Below, piece after piece: positions 11,490 to 24,329 of a DNA stretch of 64,000 nt. The first letter of the stretch is position 1. Each line of letters opens with the position of its first letter. Origin of the DNA: Octopus sinensis. Its lineage: Eukaryota. A program made the position numbers and the translations under genes. The notes under the pieces were generated by a model. It was not told the DNA's origin. It searched no databases and worked only from the letters and a program-made list of their open reading frames with translations. The stretch covers positions 148,331 through 212,330 of the forward strand of contig NW_021835958.1 in assembly GCF_006345805.1 (NCBI RefSeq). The letters are read 5' to 3'.

Positions 11490-12150
11490 AATTAAGACAT
11501 GACAGAGTTGGCCAATATCTACACTAGCTAATAAGTCGGCATTACAATATCAAAACTGCCGACAAGTGGTATAATCATCACCCTGAAGCTGTAACTGAAG
11601 GAGAAAGTGTAACGATTCTGTGGGACTTTCCAGTACATACAGACCGAACCATCAAAGCCAATAAACCAGATATTGTTGTGAAAGACAAAAACAATAAAGT
11701 TTGCTTATTGATTGACATGAGCATCCCCTGTGATCATAATATCTCGGCGAAAGAGTTTGACAAGCTCAGAAAATATAAAGACCTGCTCATTGAAATTGAG
11801 AAAATGTGGCATCTCAAGGCGGTTACAATACCAGTGATCGTAGGAGCACTAGGAATGATCAAGAAGGGAACCGAAAATTATATGAGAATGATCCCTGGCT
11901 TACCATCCCTGCAAGAAGTGCAAAAGATTGTCTTAACTGGTACATCACACGTATTGAGAAGAGCATTGTCGCTGTGAGAACTATTACTACCCATGTATTT
12001 TAATTTAACTTTAAAAAAAAAAAATGAACGAACTATTGAGTTTAGTTTAATGGCCTACCAATGTATACTATGAGTTTCTTTGCCCTAGGAGTCGGGAAGA
12101 CACTCGGCAAGAAATGGAAGCAAATTTGAAAGAAGAAGAGAAAAAAAAAA
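11490..12150 (+). mobile_element. R4/Dong-clade LINE 3' end (RLE domain and 3' UTR), second family
   Basis: KPDIVVKD...LLIDMSIPCD...KYKDLLIEIEKMWHLKAVTIPVIVGALG...VLRRALSL*; related copy on the minus strand at 52270-52960. Confidence 0.9.
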
Positions 12151-12159
12151 GGGAAAGCT

Positions 12160-13110
12160 TTATGCAAGAATGTTTGAGAAGAACCAAGTTAATTATGGGA
12201 AGGAAACAATGAAAAAGACAAAATCAGGACAATGAATATATGGGCTGTTTCCTTAGGATGCAAGATCTTTGTTGTCAATGAGAAGAACAGTCTAAGATGG
12301 TACATGAAATAGCAGAGTGAATTCTTGCTTGCCACTGTTTGAATTAACAACATAATTCCTAACGAAATGTGATACACACACAAATATTTAAGAAACAAGC
12401 TGAAGAAGAAAGAGTAAACAACTGACAAACGAAACCAATGCATGGGCAAAACTCTTAGAGAAATCGAAGGAAACGACAAGATCAACACTTGGAGATTGCT
12501 AAGAAAAAGTGATCTGAAAGGATTCAATGAGGCATTGATATGCAGCGCCCAGGAACAAGTTCTGAGGACTAATTACACTAAGTTCTAAATAGATAAGTGT
12601 AGCGAATCACCCCTTTGTAGGATGTGTGGCAGTAGAAAGGAAGCAATCTCACATAGTGTGAGCAAGTTGGCCCAAATATACTACAAAAGGATGCATGATA
12701 ACGTGGCTAAGTTCGTCCAGTTGGAGGTTATGTGTAAAGTATGGCCTGAACAGAGCGCAGAAATGGTACGAACATGAACCAGAAGGAGTCACCGAGAACA
12801 AGGAATGTGAGTTACTGTGGGATTTTACAATCCAATGTGACTTCCTAATCGAGGCTCAGAGACCAGATATTGTTGTAGTATATAGAGGAAAAAAGGAAAT
12901 CAAGATTCTAGATATTGCAATGCCAGGAGATGCACACATAAATGACAAAGAAGTAGAAAAGATTGAAAAGTAAAATTACTAAAAGACGAAATTGCAAGAA
13001 TGTGGACTATAAGGAGTGTGTCTGTCATTCCAGTAGCTGTAGGGGCACTCGGAACACTAACAACCAAGTTCGAGAAATAAGTCAGAGAAATCGGAATTGA
13101 CATGAGAGCA
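12160..13110 (+). mobile_element. R4/Dong-clade LINE relic (CCHC finger and RLE)
   Basis: PLCRMCGSRKE zinc-finger piece near 12610-12640; ORF 12695-12973 has LWDFTIQCD...QRPDIVVV...ILDIAMPGD. Confidence 0.85.
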
Positions 13111-13149
13111 GAGCAAAGCCCATCGCTTGTCTTAAACTCTTAAAACAGA

Positions 13150-13620
13150 GCCCAAAATGGAGAGGCTGGTTGAGACTGTGCTGATGTGCAACAAGGATAT
13201 AGGGATGGAATTCGGGATCTCAGAGTGTGCACTGCTCACTTTGAAATGGGGGAAAAGAGCAGATCGTAGGGGCATAGAATTGCCAAAAGGAGAACGAATG
13301 GGAAACCCGAATGATGGGGTACAAACATCTTGAGATCCTGGAGCTGGACAATATCTTGCTCAGAGAAATGAAGAGCAAGATCACCACTGCATATTTGAAG
13401 TGGCTCAAATTTCTCTTGAAGTCAAAACTCAACGCAAGAAACCTTGTGGCCGCCATCAACATATGGGCTGTTGCTGTAGTCCGCTATAGTACATCCATTC
13501 TGAGATGTATACGAGCAGAGATCAACCAACTCAACCGCACTACCCGAAAGATGATGACTAAGCATAGTGTCCTCCACCTTAAGGTGAAGGCCGGATATAG
13601 TAACCTTTGGGAGGGACAAA
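13150..13620 (+). mobile_element. R4/Dong-clade LINE relic (RT thumb region)
   Basis: ORF 13311-13694 has YKHLEILE...KSKLNARNLVAAINIWAVAVVRYS. Confidence 0.8.
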
Positions 13621-14160
13621 CAAGAATGCCTAATAATGAACGTGGCAGTGCCAGGAGATCAACATATGAAAAATTGATCAATATGGAGACCTGAGAATTG
13701 AGATCACTGAGATGTGACATCTTCAAAAGTCAAACATAAAGTTTGCCCCTGTTGTCGGAGTATTGGGTTCAATACCACCCAATCTGGACACTTTAGAAGT
13801 AGACAGAATATCTTCAATGTAAAACATCACGATATTGAATACTGCGTGACGTCTTCAAAATTAATAACCATCTCAAACTTTGGGACAAAGCCAGCAATTT
13901 CGGTGGAAGCGGAAATCGATTACATCGACCCCAATGTTCAACTGGTACTTATTTTATCGACACCGCTTTCAATCCGGTCCACCACATTACCATTCTCAAT
14001 AAGCCCACCAGACAGATAATGATTGCCTATTCTCCCCACTCAAAGTAGGGTGGCAGGAATATCTTTATAACGTTCTACATAACTCCATAATATCTTTACA
14101 AGTTTTCGAAATTACTCCACAATTCAAAAATTTTCGGGTAGTGAACGTGTGTGTGTGTAT

Positions 14161-14277
<117 letters not shown>

Positions 14278-14284
14278 GTCGGTT

Positions 14285-15568
14285 TGTCACTCAGCGCGCA
14301 TCTCGAGCAGGCCCTGTTGAGGGTTTTTCTGTGCTTTTAGAGTTTATCTCGAATAGGCAAATTACTCCCACCACCCTGGTTGTAATGTAATCGCTCTGCT
14401 CTTCCAGCGCTGCACGACGGTGTTGGACGATATGGACCTGCATCTCCAGATATGGAGATATAGGCCTAATGAATTTTCTGGGTTATTTTTGCTCCAAACA
14501 CTGCTTCAAATTCCCTAGAGTAGTGCCAGTGACCATGATGTGTTTGGTACGCGACATGATTATGATGATGCCATCCACATATAAAAACATGATCGTCCCA
14601 ATCTTAATTCATGTGGGATGGCTCTCGAAACATCAACTTCTGTAGTATTGGCGCTTGGGTTAATACTTATAGAAGGGGAGACTGAATGGTTTCCACAAAT
14701 AATTGTCGATGTACATTGCAACAATTTATGGCCCCATCTATACCAGGTTCCTTGTCAATTGTTTGATGTGTTGCATAAGGTGGAGATTGTCATGGATAGA
14801 CCTGTCTGAATGGCACAGGTTTGCGTATCACCGACAAGACCACCAATAACAAGCACCAACCTCTTGGCAAACATCTTGACCCAAATCTGGAACATTACGT
14901 TTAACAGAGTTACGGATCTAAAATCATGTCCGTGCAGCCATCTCTTGTTCGGGCTCTTATTTACACACGGCTTGCTGAGATTTCTCCTGTTCTGCAACCA
15001 GTTACAGAAGACACCTGCAGAAAGTTAAGAGTAGGAATATAAAGCTTGCAAGTCAGAGCACCCTGCCACAGTGATTTCTCCTCCATGTCGGCAGCTAACA
15101 CTTCCCGCATTTCATCAGCTGTTATTGCAGAAATCTGCACCCACAGTCTAGACCCACAGCAAGCCCTCACCTCCATCCCCGACACGCCACCAAGCCAGAA
15201 TATTTTAGCGAAATTCCGCGGAAAAGCTGCCAGTATCCGCTTTCAACATCAGCACGAAAGACCGTATTGCGATTTTGTTGCACTTTGTAACTCTTCCACC
15301 TTGGCCAGTAGAATGGTTTTCTTTCCTTCATCTCTTATTGTACGCATCCTAGCTCTGACGGAGCAACCTTAGTGCATCGCGTTGAAAATTTGTCGAAATC
15401 AATCTCACTGCCTGCGCGTCGGTCACGTTGCCTTTCTTAAGTTCCTCTTCTAGATTCCTAACTACATCTTCGTTTATTCTAAATTTCTCTATCACTAACT
15501 CTTTGTTAAACCCTATTGATTTTGATCTAATCAGCCTTTTCAGGGACAACCACCATCGGTTTCTGACA
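14285..15568 (-). mobile_element. Degenerate Tx1/L1-clade LINE relic (diverged family)
   Basis: RNRWWLSLKRLIRSKSI aligns with NKKWWFALKRAVKAEVI of copy 1. VTLLNVMFQIWVKMFAKRLVLVIGGLVGDTQTCAI aligns with ITLLNADLKILAKVLAKRLALVIEKLVLKAQTCAV. Confidence 0.8.
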
Positions 15569-15748
15569 AAGAAGAAGAAGAAGAAGAAGAAGAAGAAGAA
15601 GAAGAAGAAGAAGAAGAAGAAGAAGAAAGAAGAAGAAGAAGAAGAGGAAGAAGAAGAAGAGAAGAAGAAGAAGAAGAAGAAGAAAGAAGAAGAAGAAGAA
15701 GAAGAAGAAGAAGAAAAGAAGAAGAAGAAGAAGAAGAAGAAGAAGAAG
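15569..15748. repeat. (GAA)n/(TTC)n microsatellite
   Basis: Direct reading. Confidence 0.97.
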
Positions 15749-16459
15749 GGGAGACGTTGCAGGGAATTGAACTCAGGGCGACTAGAGATGATAATCAAAT
15801 ACAGCAAAGCATGTAATCCCTAGTTAAACTGTTTCTGCTGAAAATCAAATAATGATAATAAAGATGGCCAAAGGTCAAGAAAGCACAACAACAGACGACC
15901 GTCACTACCACGTTGTCAGTTATATATTAAACCTTAAACAAGTAGATTTAAGTATGTTATTCGGTGAGAAACCAGTTAATCGTCAGCTTTGTTGACAAGT
16001 TTAGTTAAGCTAGCTCTGTTTTATTTTTATAATTTCATTCATGAACGAAAGAAGAGGTAATATGGCCGATAATAAGAGACAGGTTTCTAACATCAAAGAT
16101 ATTCGAAATATATTTTTTAATTTATTGATAAACATTCTCTTCCTTGTAGATATATGAGGCTCTTGCGTAAATATTTGACTAGGAAGAGAGCTCCTCAGGT
16201 GACGAGTGTAGGAAGAAAGTAAAAAATATGTGAGATAAAGAGGTTGGTTAACGGATTGTCATATGGCGGTTATCGCTTTATCTTATATTCTAATTCGTTT
16301 AGCTAAACGACCTCTCATGCAGGTGGTCCTGTTTATTACCGAGTGTATTTCATTATGTGTGTACGTACATAGGGAGTCATGAGCTTAGATGTATACACAC
16401 ACAAACTTACTATCTGCGTATGTATGTATGTATGTATGTGAGGGAGAGAGAGACTGTGC

Positions 16460-16505
<46 letters not shown>

Positions 16506-16554
16506 AGAGAGAGAGAGAAAGAGAAAGAGAGAGAGAAAGAGTGTGTGTGTGTGT

Positions 16555-16665
16555 GAGTAGGCGCTGACATGATTGTGTGGTTTGCAACTATTGATTTCGG
16601 GTTCAGTCCCACTGCGCAGCACCTTGGACAAGTGTCTTCTATTAAAGTCCCAGGTCGACTATTGC
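16555..16665 (+). mobile_element. 5' fragment of tRNA-derived SINE family 2
   Basis: B-box GGGTTCAGTCCC followed by caccttggacaagtgtcttct, as in the copies at 36243 and 54471. Confidence 0.7.
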
Positions 16666-16791
16666 CTTATATGTGGTCTCAATTAGTATCTATTTTGGAT
16701 ACGTTTTGATTGGTCAAGGAAGATCTCGTGATTGGTATTAATCTTAGGAATTTTTGTCAGCGAGTTCCATGTTTTTATATGTATTACAAAT

Positions 16792-17192
16792 ATTCTTTTC
16801 TACTCTAGGCACAAGGCCAGAAATTTTTGGGGAGGGGGGCCAGTCGATTAGATCGACCCCAGTACGCAACTGGTACTTAATTTATTGACCCTGAGAGGAT
16901 GAAAGGCAAAGTCGACCTCGGCGGAATTTGAACTCAGAACGTAAAGACAGACGAAATACCTATTTCTTTATTACCCACAAGGGGCTAAACACAGAGGGGA
17001 CAAACAAGGACAGACATAGGCATTAAGTCGATTACATCGACCTCAGTGCGTAACTGGTACTTAATTTATCGACCCCGAAAGGATGAAAGGCAAAATCGAC
17101 TTCGGCGGAATTTGAACTCAGAACATAAGACAGACGAAATACCACTAAGCATTTCACCCGGTGCGCTAGCGTTTCAGCCAGCTCGCCGCCTT
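16792..17192 (-). mobile_element. Dimeric tRNA-derived SINE (family 1): full monomer with Tx1-like tail followed by a headless monomer with a different tail
   Basis: Minus strand: GGCGGCGAGCTGGC... B-box GAGTTCAAATTCC ... AGCCCCTTGTGGGTAATAAAGAAATA. It then restarts at GGTATTTCGTC and ends CCTTGTGCCTAGAGTAGAAAAG. Confidence 0.88.
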
Positions 17193-17632
17193 GTATACAT
17201 TACACATATTATACGTAATGCTATTTTAATCTAACGCACTTACAAATGTGCATATTGGTTCATAACAATCAGAGTTTGGGATACAATTACGTCTTTTAAT
17301 TACTGCTTTACTTGTAACGGTAAATTAAGCCTACTATTGTATAGCTTGATATTGATTTCTAAACCTGATTTATGCACAAACCACGTATGATTTGGGTTAA
17401 CCAATGAGGTTAGCTATGTTTGAACACCGTTGTGAATTTCAATTGTATATCAATATTTTCTGTTTTACAACATACTTCGCTGACCGAAGAAAAATCGCAA
17501 GACGCAGAAACTTTCAGGAGCGGCATAAACGGCATTAGCAGGAAGAAAGTTCAGGAATATATTCTATAACAAGCATTGAGTATCTTTTCTCCCGTTTGCT
17601 CCAACAATATTTTTGTATGCATGTATTATGTA

Positions 17633-18001
17633 CTAGCAGTATCGCCCGGCATTGCTCGGGTTTGTAAGGGAAATAACTATAAAACATTTTTAGAGAGTTA
17701 TAGCCAAAAAATGGAAAAAAAATGATGGTAATTTTTTTTTAGTTAAAAAGGTCGAGTTGCGTCCCCTAGACAGTCTGTGGTTTGTGTTTCTGATTCTCGA
17801 CCCCATGTCGAATTTATCGATTTTCTTCAGAACTGGGGAACTTTTTAAAATTTTCGCTGCGTTAGTTTTGAATTATGACATTGGGCTATGTGTGTGTCAA
17901 GTTTCATCAGAATCGGTTGAAAGCCGTGGTCAGGGTGAGGGTACAACCTAACAGACACACAGAAACACACACAGACAAACTGCCGTTTATATATAGAGAG
18001 A
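17633..18001 (-). mobile_element. Non-autonomous Helitron
   Basis: Minus strand starts TC(TCTCTATATATAAAC), has a subterminal hairpin CCCG-agcaatgc-CGGG, ends CTAG, and is inserted between host A and T. Confidence 0.85.
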
Positions 18002-18231
18002 TTTATGTATGTATGTATTCATTTCACGTTACTCCAGTTTGGTTAGCTGTAGAAATGAGTTGCGACATCACTGGTGCCAAACTGTATCGGCGTTTGCTTT
18101 TCTCTTGGATAACATAAGTCGCGTGGAGAAAGAAGAGTGGAATGCGTGGGCGATTTAAGGATTGTGTCCTGTGATAAGCAGGAGACCGACTGGGTGAGCA
18201 ATGCCTGTCATCGCCACAGATGGAGGAACCC

Positions 18232-18631
18232 TACTTGTTTCAGTTATTTGACTGCGGCCATGCTGGAGCATCGCCTTTAGTCGAGCAACTCGACCCCAGG
18301 ACTTATTCTTTTGTAAGCCCAGTACTTATTCTTATTCTATCTCTTTTGCCGAACCGCTAAGTGACGGGGACGTAAACACACCAGCATCGGTTGTCAAGCA
18401 ATGCTAGGGGGACAAACACAGACACACAACATATACACACATACATATAAACATATATAATACATATATACGACAGGCTTCTTTCAGTTTCCGTCTACCA
18501 AATCCACTCACAAGGCTTTGGTCGGCCCGGGGCTATAGTAGAAGGCACTTGCCCAAGGTGCCACGCAGTAGAACTGAACCCGGAACCATGTGGTTCGTAA
18601 GCAAGCTACTTATCACACAGCCACTTCTACG

Positions 18632-18633
<2 letters not shown>
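18232..18633 (-). mobile_element. tRNA-derived SINE family 2 with internal microsatellite
   Basis: Reverse complement of the 36243/54471 copies: A/B-box head, CCTTGGGCAAGTG (CORE-like), (CA/TA) insert, then ...GTCAAATAACTGAAACAAGTA tail. Confidence 0.9.
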
Positions 18634-18698
<65 letters not shown>

Positions 18699-19226
18699 AT
18701 TTCGGAATGGTCATTTTGCCAGTTTAGCCAATAAAAACACACGCACTATATATTTGGTGTTACTTTGCTTCAGTGTTATTTATTTTTGCATTAAACTTAA
18801 ACTTATTTCGGCCAGAGTTCCTTCGTCACACTCCTGTGACCGCATCAGTGGTCCTTTGCTTTCTTCTTTCTTATTTGTGTGTCTCTCCTTACTAACGGTC
18901 AGCCATTTTGTATTTCTATTGTATGTGTCTTCATTTGCGCATGCGTATATCTCTATGTGCGTCTATGTTTAGTTAGTGTGTGTGTGTGGTGGGGAAATGC
19001 CTGTAATATTTGTATCTTCTGTTTATATACGTTCGTGTAATTTGTTTTTGTTTATGTTTATTCTTATTTTGTTCATGTGTTTCATTTAGCTTGACTAAAT
19101 CAACTTTTTTAGTGATTGAAACCGGTAGCGTATTTTGGCCAAAAAACGAAAATATTTTCTTATATTTGACCTTTGATAAAGTTCTCAAAATACTTTCTTG
19201 CATTTGTTTTTTGACACACGCACGCA

Positions 19227-19261
<35 letters not shown>

Positions 19262-19885
19262 TACCCTTCAAACTCTATGGTATATTATGAAAGGGCTTTC
19301 CCGAATACCGAATAAAGAGCCGCAAGGGTACATCTTTTTATACCCTTAAGCCTTCATGGCTAGCCCATATTTCTACAAATATAGACATAGCCTAATGCAC
19401 TATGAAATTGCAACCAGATCCTTCCATCACCCTTGAAACCAGCTGCAAAACTACCCCGATTGTGTACCAACTACCAAGAACTTTGGCTTCAGTCAACTAA
19501 AATGGCAATTTAATCAATAAATAAACAAACAAAATAATTACATATTACTATATTACTCTTCATTATATTCAGTAGCATAAGAATACGACTTACAAAGCAT
19601 GAAAAGTCTGCACCTGAACCAAAGAGGCGCCCTCTGCACGCTCGTTTAAACTGCTAGAAATTGCAACCAAATCTCCCTCAAATCATATCCCATCGTCTTA
19701 GAAGAGAACACTTTGTTTGTAGTCATTGATTCACTGTACATTAGAAAATGGCGGAATGATCACAGCTTTGAATGCCTTTGATCATGTAGCTAGTCTTACT
19801 AAGCTGACCTGGGGCTATACAATGAAAAGAAAAGCCAACAATAACAGCGAAAGTGAAACCTGGTGTTAAATAATAACAGTGAAAA

Positions 19886-20720
19886 TACGAGGATCGGCTG
19901 AAAAGTTCATAGGCTGACCAAAATATTCTCATGGAATGTGACCAAATGAAGTTATTTTTCAACATAGTCCCCTTGTGGCCCACACGCCTCATTAATCGGT
20001 GTTGCAGTGCCTGGATTTCTTTGGTGAAAAATCTTTCATCCTGCGGGTCAAAACATTCATCACCAGCAGATATGACGTCATCTTCACTGTGATACTGGTT
20101 CCTATCAAATGCTTTACCATGAAGAAATGATAGATGAGGCTAAATCGGGAGAATAGGGAGGATGACCTTGGTCTTCGTTGGAGCAGGTGAGGAGGGATGT
20201 TTCCACTGCATCGATTGTCTCATTCTGTCGTAGGAAGCACTCATAGAAACCAGCTAGATCTGCTTCAAACAATGTCAGGTTTTCCAGTGATATGATCAGC
20301 CTGGTGCGCTCTTGATCAGATGTCAGAAGACATGGCAACCCCTGAGCAGAAACCTACCTCATGAGAAGTTCATTGTGCAGAATATTCTCAACTCTTTCAC
20401 GAGATATGCTAATTGTCTGATTGATTTATAGTCAATCGCCTGTCATCCATCAACATGTGGTGAACTAGATCAATGTTTTGCTTGACAGTTGCAGGACGTC
20501 CAGATGGTGGGTCATCTTCAAGACTCTCCCTTCCCTACCAAAGCTAAGAACCTTACTAGTCTTGATCTGGTATCTATTTATATCAGCTACAACGAAGCAG
20601 AATTGGTATTACGACCGAAATATAAGCAAAACGCCAATCTTGTGATTGAAGGCGAATGTTTTCCTTCTTTCTTTTGTGTTTGAATAGCCAAGGCAACATC
20701 CATTTCGTCATTGCACGTCT
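19886..20720 (-). mobile_element. Tc1/mariner DNA transposon relic, internally deleted
   Basis: TA plus a TIR-like CGAGGATCGGCTGAAAAGTTC at 19886-19908. Minus-strand ORF 20114-20338 holds a WVPHEL-like PCLLTSDQERTR and the mariner motif HPPYSPDLA. The second TIR was not found, so the right boundary is approximate. Confidence 0.8.
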
Positions 20721-20769
20721 ACAGGGCCATAATTCCTTTATTATTATTTTTTTTCTTTTACTCATTTCG

Positions 20770-21170
20770 TAATTGGATTGCGGCCTTACTGGGACACCAC
20801 CTGGAAGGTGTTAGTCGAACAAATCGATCTCTGAACATATTTTTAAAAATTCATTAATTATGCTATCGAAATATTTTATCGAACCGCTAAGTTACGGGAA
20901 CATAAACAATCATCAGTTGTGTTATCAAGCAGTCTGGGGAGAAGCACAAAGATACCCATACAGAGAGAGAGAGAGAGAGGGGGAACGATAGAGAGAGAGG
21001 GGAGAGAAAGTGTGGGAGAGAGAGGGGAGAAAGATAGGGGAGGGAGAGAGAAATCGAGAGAGAGAGAGAGAGAGTATATTCATACACATATACATACACA
21101 CGCATTCATATATACGACAGGCTTCCACACAGTTTCCATCTGCCATATTCACTCTCAAGACATTGTCGAG
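20770..21170 (-). mobile_element. Degenerate SINE family 2 copy
   Basis: cgaaccgctaagttacggg and cgacaggctt...tttccatctgcca segments match the 18232-18633 copy. Confidence 0.65.
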
Positions 21171-22235
21171 TCGTGCGTGAACCAATGAATAAGCCTCTCT
21201 ATAATCTCATTTACATACTAGAATGAGAAGCTAAATTCCTTTCAAACCACACCTTAGTGTCTATGACCCTCCACACAGTAAGTCTTAATCAAAGACAATA
21301 AAAGACAAGATGATCATGACTGGAATGCTTTGATTATGAAATGCGTCATCAGAGCTGATCTGAGATGCAAGGAGACACAACAGCAGGAATTCAGACTTAG
21401 GTGGACTAAGATTTTGAGCGCTAAGCTGTGATGGTAAGGTTCGAACTAGCAACTCTATGGCTGATTCGGTTCTACAAACAAAATTTCTGATATGTATTCA
21501 TGAAAAGGAAAATCCCCCTTGCTGTTAGACACACAGCTCCACCTCCCATAGAACAAAAAGAAAAAACAAACAAAAAACAAAAAAACATACAAACAAGGAA
21601 AGCGTATTGTAAAAATGTGCACAGTCACGCTCTCTCTCTCTCTCTATCTCTCTTCCTCTCTCCTCTTTCTCGCTCTCTCCAATACGAAAACACTCCCATT
21701 TCAAGCCAAACCCAACAATTTTATTGTTGGCTTCAATTTACGTACAAAAATAAAGCAATTAATTAAATGAAAAGTATAAAACACAAGTAAAAATATAAAA
21801 ATTAAAAGAAAATAATAGAATAAAAAATGGTGAACTTCGTGAGCTCCAGCTAATCGAATACGCGCATGCGTCGTCTAGAGCATTTATTTCGTAGTTCCTT
21901 GGTGCTGTGTTGAAAAAGTACACAAAACCCCGTTTGACGAATGCTTAGAAGTTGAATTTGCTGTTTAACATCGAACGTTTTAATTTATTTCTTTACATCC
22001 CATCTCTCTCTCTCTCTCTCTTTACCTCTCTCTTTCTCTGTCTGTTTCTCCATCAATCTCTCTTCTACATATTTATTTTACTCGTTTTCGTCATTTAGAA
22101 GCCATTTTCGTCGAGAGAATTGCATATGTGTCTATACCTGGGTGTATATATGTGCATGTATTTATATATGCCTATGTGTGGGAGTTTATATGTATATGTA
22201 TACATGCATACACACTGTTGATACACACACGCATA

Positions 22236-22297
<62 letters not shown>

Positions 22298-22326
22298 ATG
22301 TATATATATATATATATATGATATAT

Positions 22327-22368
<42 letters not shown>

Positions 22369-22450
22369 AAACATGTATCTCTATATTTCAATTTACATAC
22401 ACGTGTTTATCTCTATGTGTGTGTAATACACATGGGTATATATATATATA

Positions 22451-22493
<43 letters not shown>

Positions 22494-23516
22494 TGTGTGT
22501 ATATGTGCATAAATGTGATGAAGATATATGTGTGTGTAAGAGAGTATGTGTATGTATGTGCGTGTGTGTGTGTGCATGCGCATGCGTATTTTGTCGTGAC
22601 TGTGCTTGTTTGTGTAATTATTCTCGGCGGGGCTATGCTTGCTTCCAGCAATTACCAAACTAACCACTTGGGCCACAAGATAGGTTTTTGGAAAATCTTT
22701 TTCCCGTTTATTTTTTTTAATACTTTTCCATGTTTTTTTTCTTTCTTTTTTCTTTTTGTTTTCCAGATATTTTTTTCGACAAATGTTTTCGCCTCAGGGA
22801 TAAACTTTCACAACGACACTCGTTTACTTTCGTAGGTTTCCGTACACAACGAATTTTTGACTCACATCTGGCCTGTTGTACACATATATACATATATGTG
22901 CGCGCGTGTGTGTGTATGTGTATATGTAGCATATTATATCAGATATATATATATATATATATATATAACTATATATATACACATGCACACATACATACAC
23001 ACATATATACGTACATATATATAAATATGCACGCACTAATATATTCGTATGTGTATTTATAGAAGTCCATTTTCGCATACCTAGACACATGTAGCCACCA
23101 CTCTCACACACATGCACACACACACCAGCACGTGTTCGCGAACAGGTAAGTACTTAAAGAAATATAAGCACACATAGCGGTTTTGCGTAGATAATTATAT
23201 TGGAGTATTCTTACAAATGCTTCCTCTCTTATACACATGTTCTCTCACTCTTTCTCATCTCTTTCTCTCTCTCTCTGCCTCTCTCACACACACATACACA
23301 CACGCACACACACGCACACGCACACACACACACGCACACACACACACACACACACACACCACCACACACATATATATATATGTATGTGTGTGTGTGTGTG
23401 TGTATACAGAGTGGGAGAAATGTGTTAGATACATAAATATATAGACACCCTGATAGATGAAGAGACAAGCAGATTGATGGACCTTTTGGAAAATACATAC
23501 ATATACAAACACGTAC

Positions 23517-23552
<36 letters not shown>

Positions 23553-24044
23553 ACACACACATACACACACATAAAGCAAGCACTCATATATCGATATATG
23601 CACATAAAAAACCCCCTCGCGTGTAAATATATACATATGCAAATACACTCATATAAACATATACTCAAGCAAACACCTACATACACGAACACACGCATAC
23701 ACATACACTTATTTACAACCACATATATAAATATATAGCAGCACATACATCTAAATATAAACATCAACAAACACACACATAAATATATACATACATGAAC
23801 ACACGCAAATACACACTACCGTGTAAATTATTTTTCTATTTTCTGGGACTACTAACTCCAAACCATCGAGACTATTACTACCATTAATGCCACCACAACC
23901 ACCTACACCACCATCACCACCACCAGCACTACTGTTACCACTACCCTTACTCCTACTGTCACCCCTGTCGCTACAGTTTACACCAGAGGTTGTATTGCAG
24001 ACATCATTACAGAAGTACAACTTCTAATATGGCTTACTTAAAGC

Positions 24045-24045
<1 letters not shown>

Positions 24046-24129
<84 letters not shown>

Positions 24130-24137
24130 CCTATCTT

Positions 24138-24205
<68 letters not shown>

Positions 24206-24206
24206 C

Positions 24207-24241
<35 letters not shown>

Positions 24242-24264
24242 CCTATCTTTCTATCTATCTATCT

Positions 24265-24328
<64 letters not shown>

Positions 24329-24329
24329 C
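24046..24329. repeat. (TATC)n array with TACC/TTTC variant units, left flank of Tx1 copy 3
   Basis: Direct reading. Confidence 0.97.
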
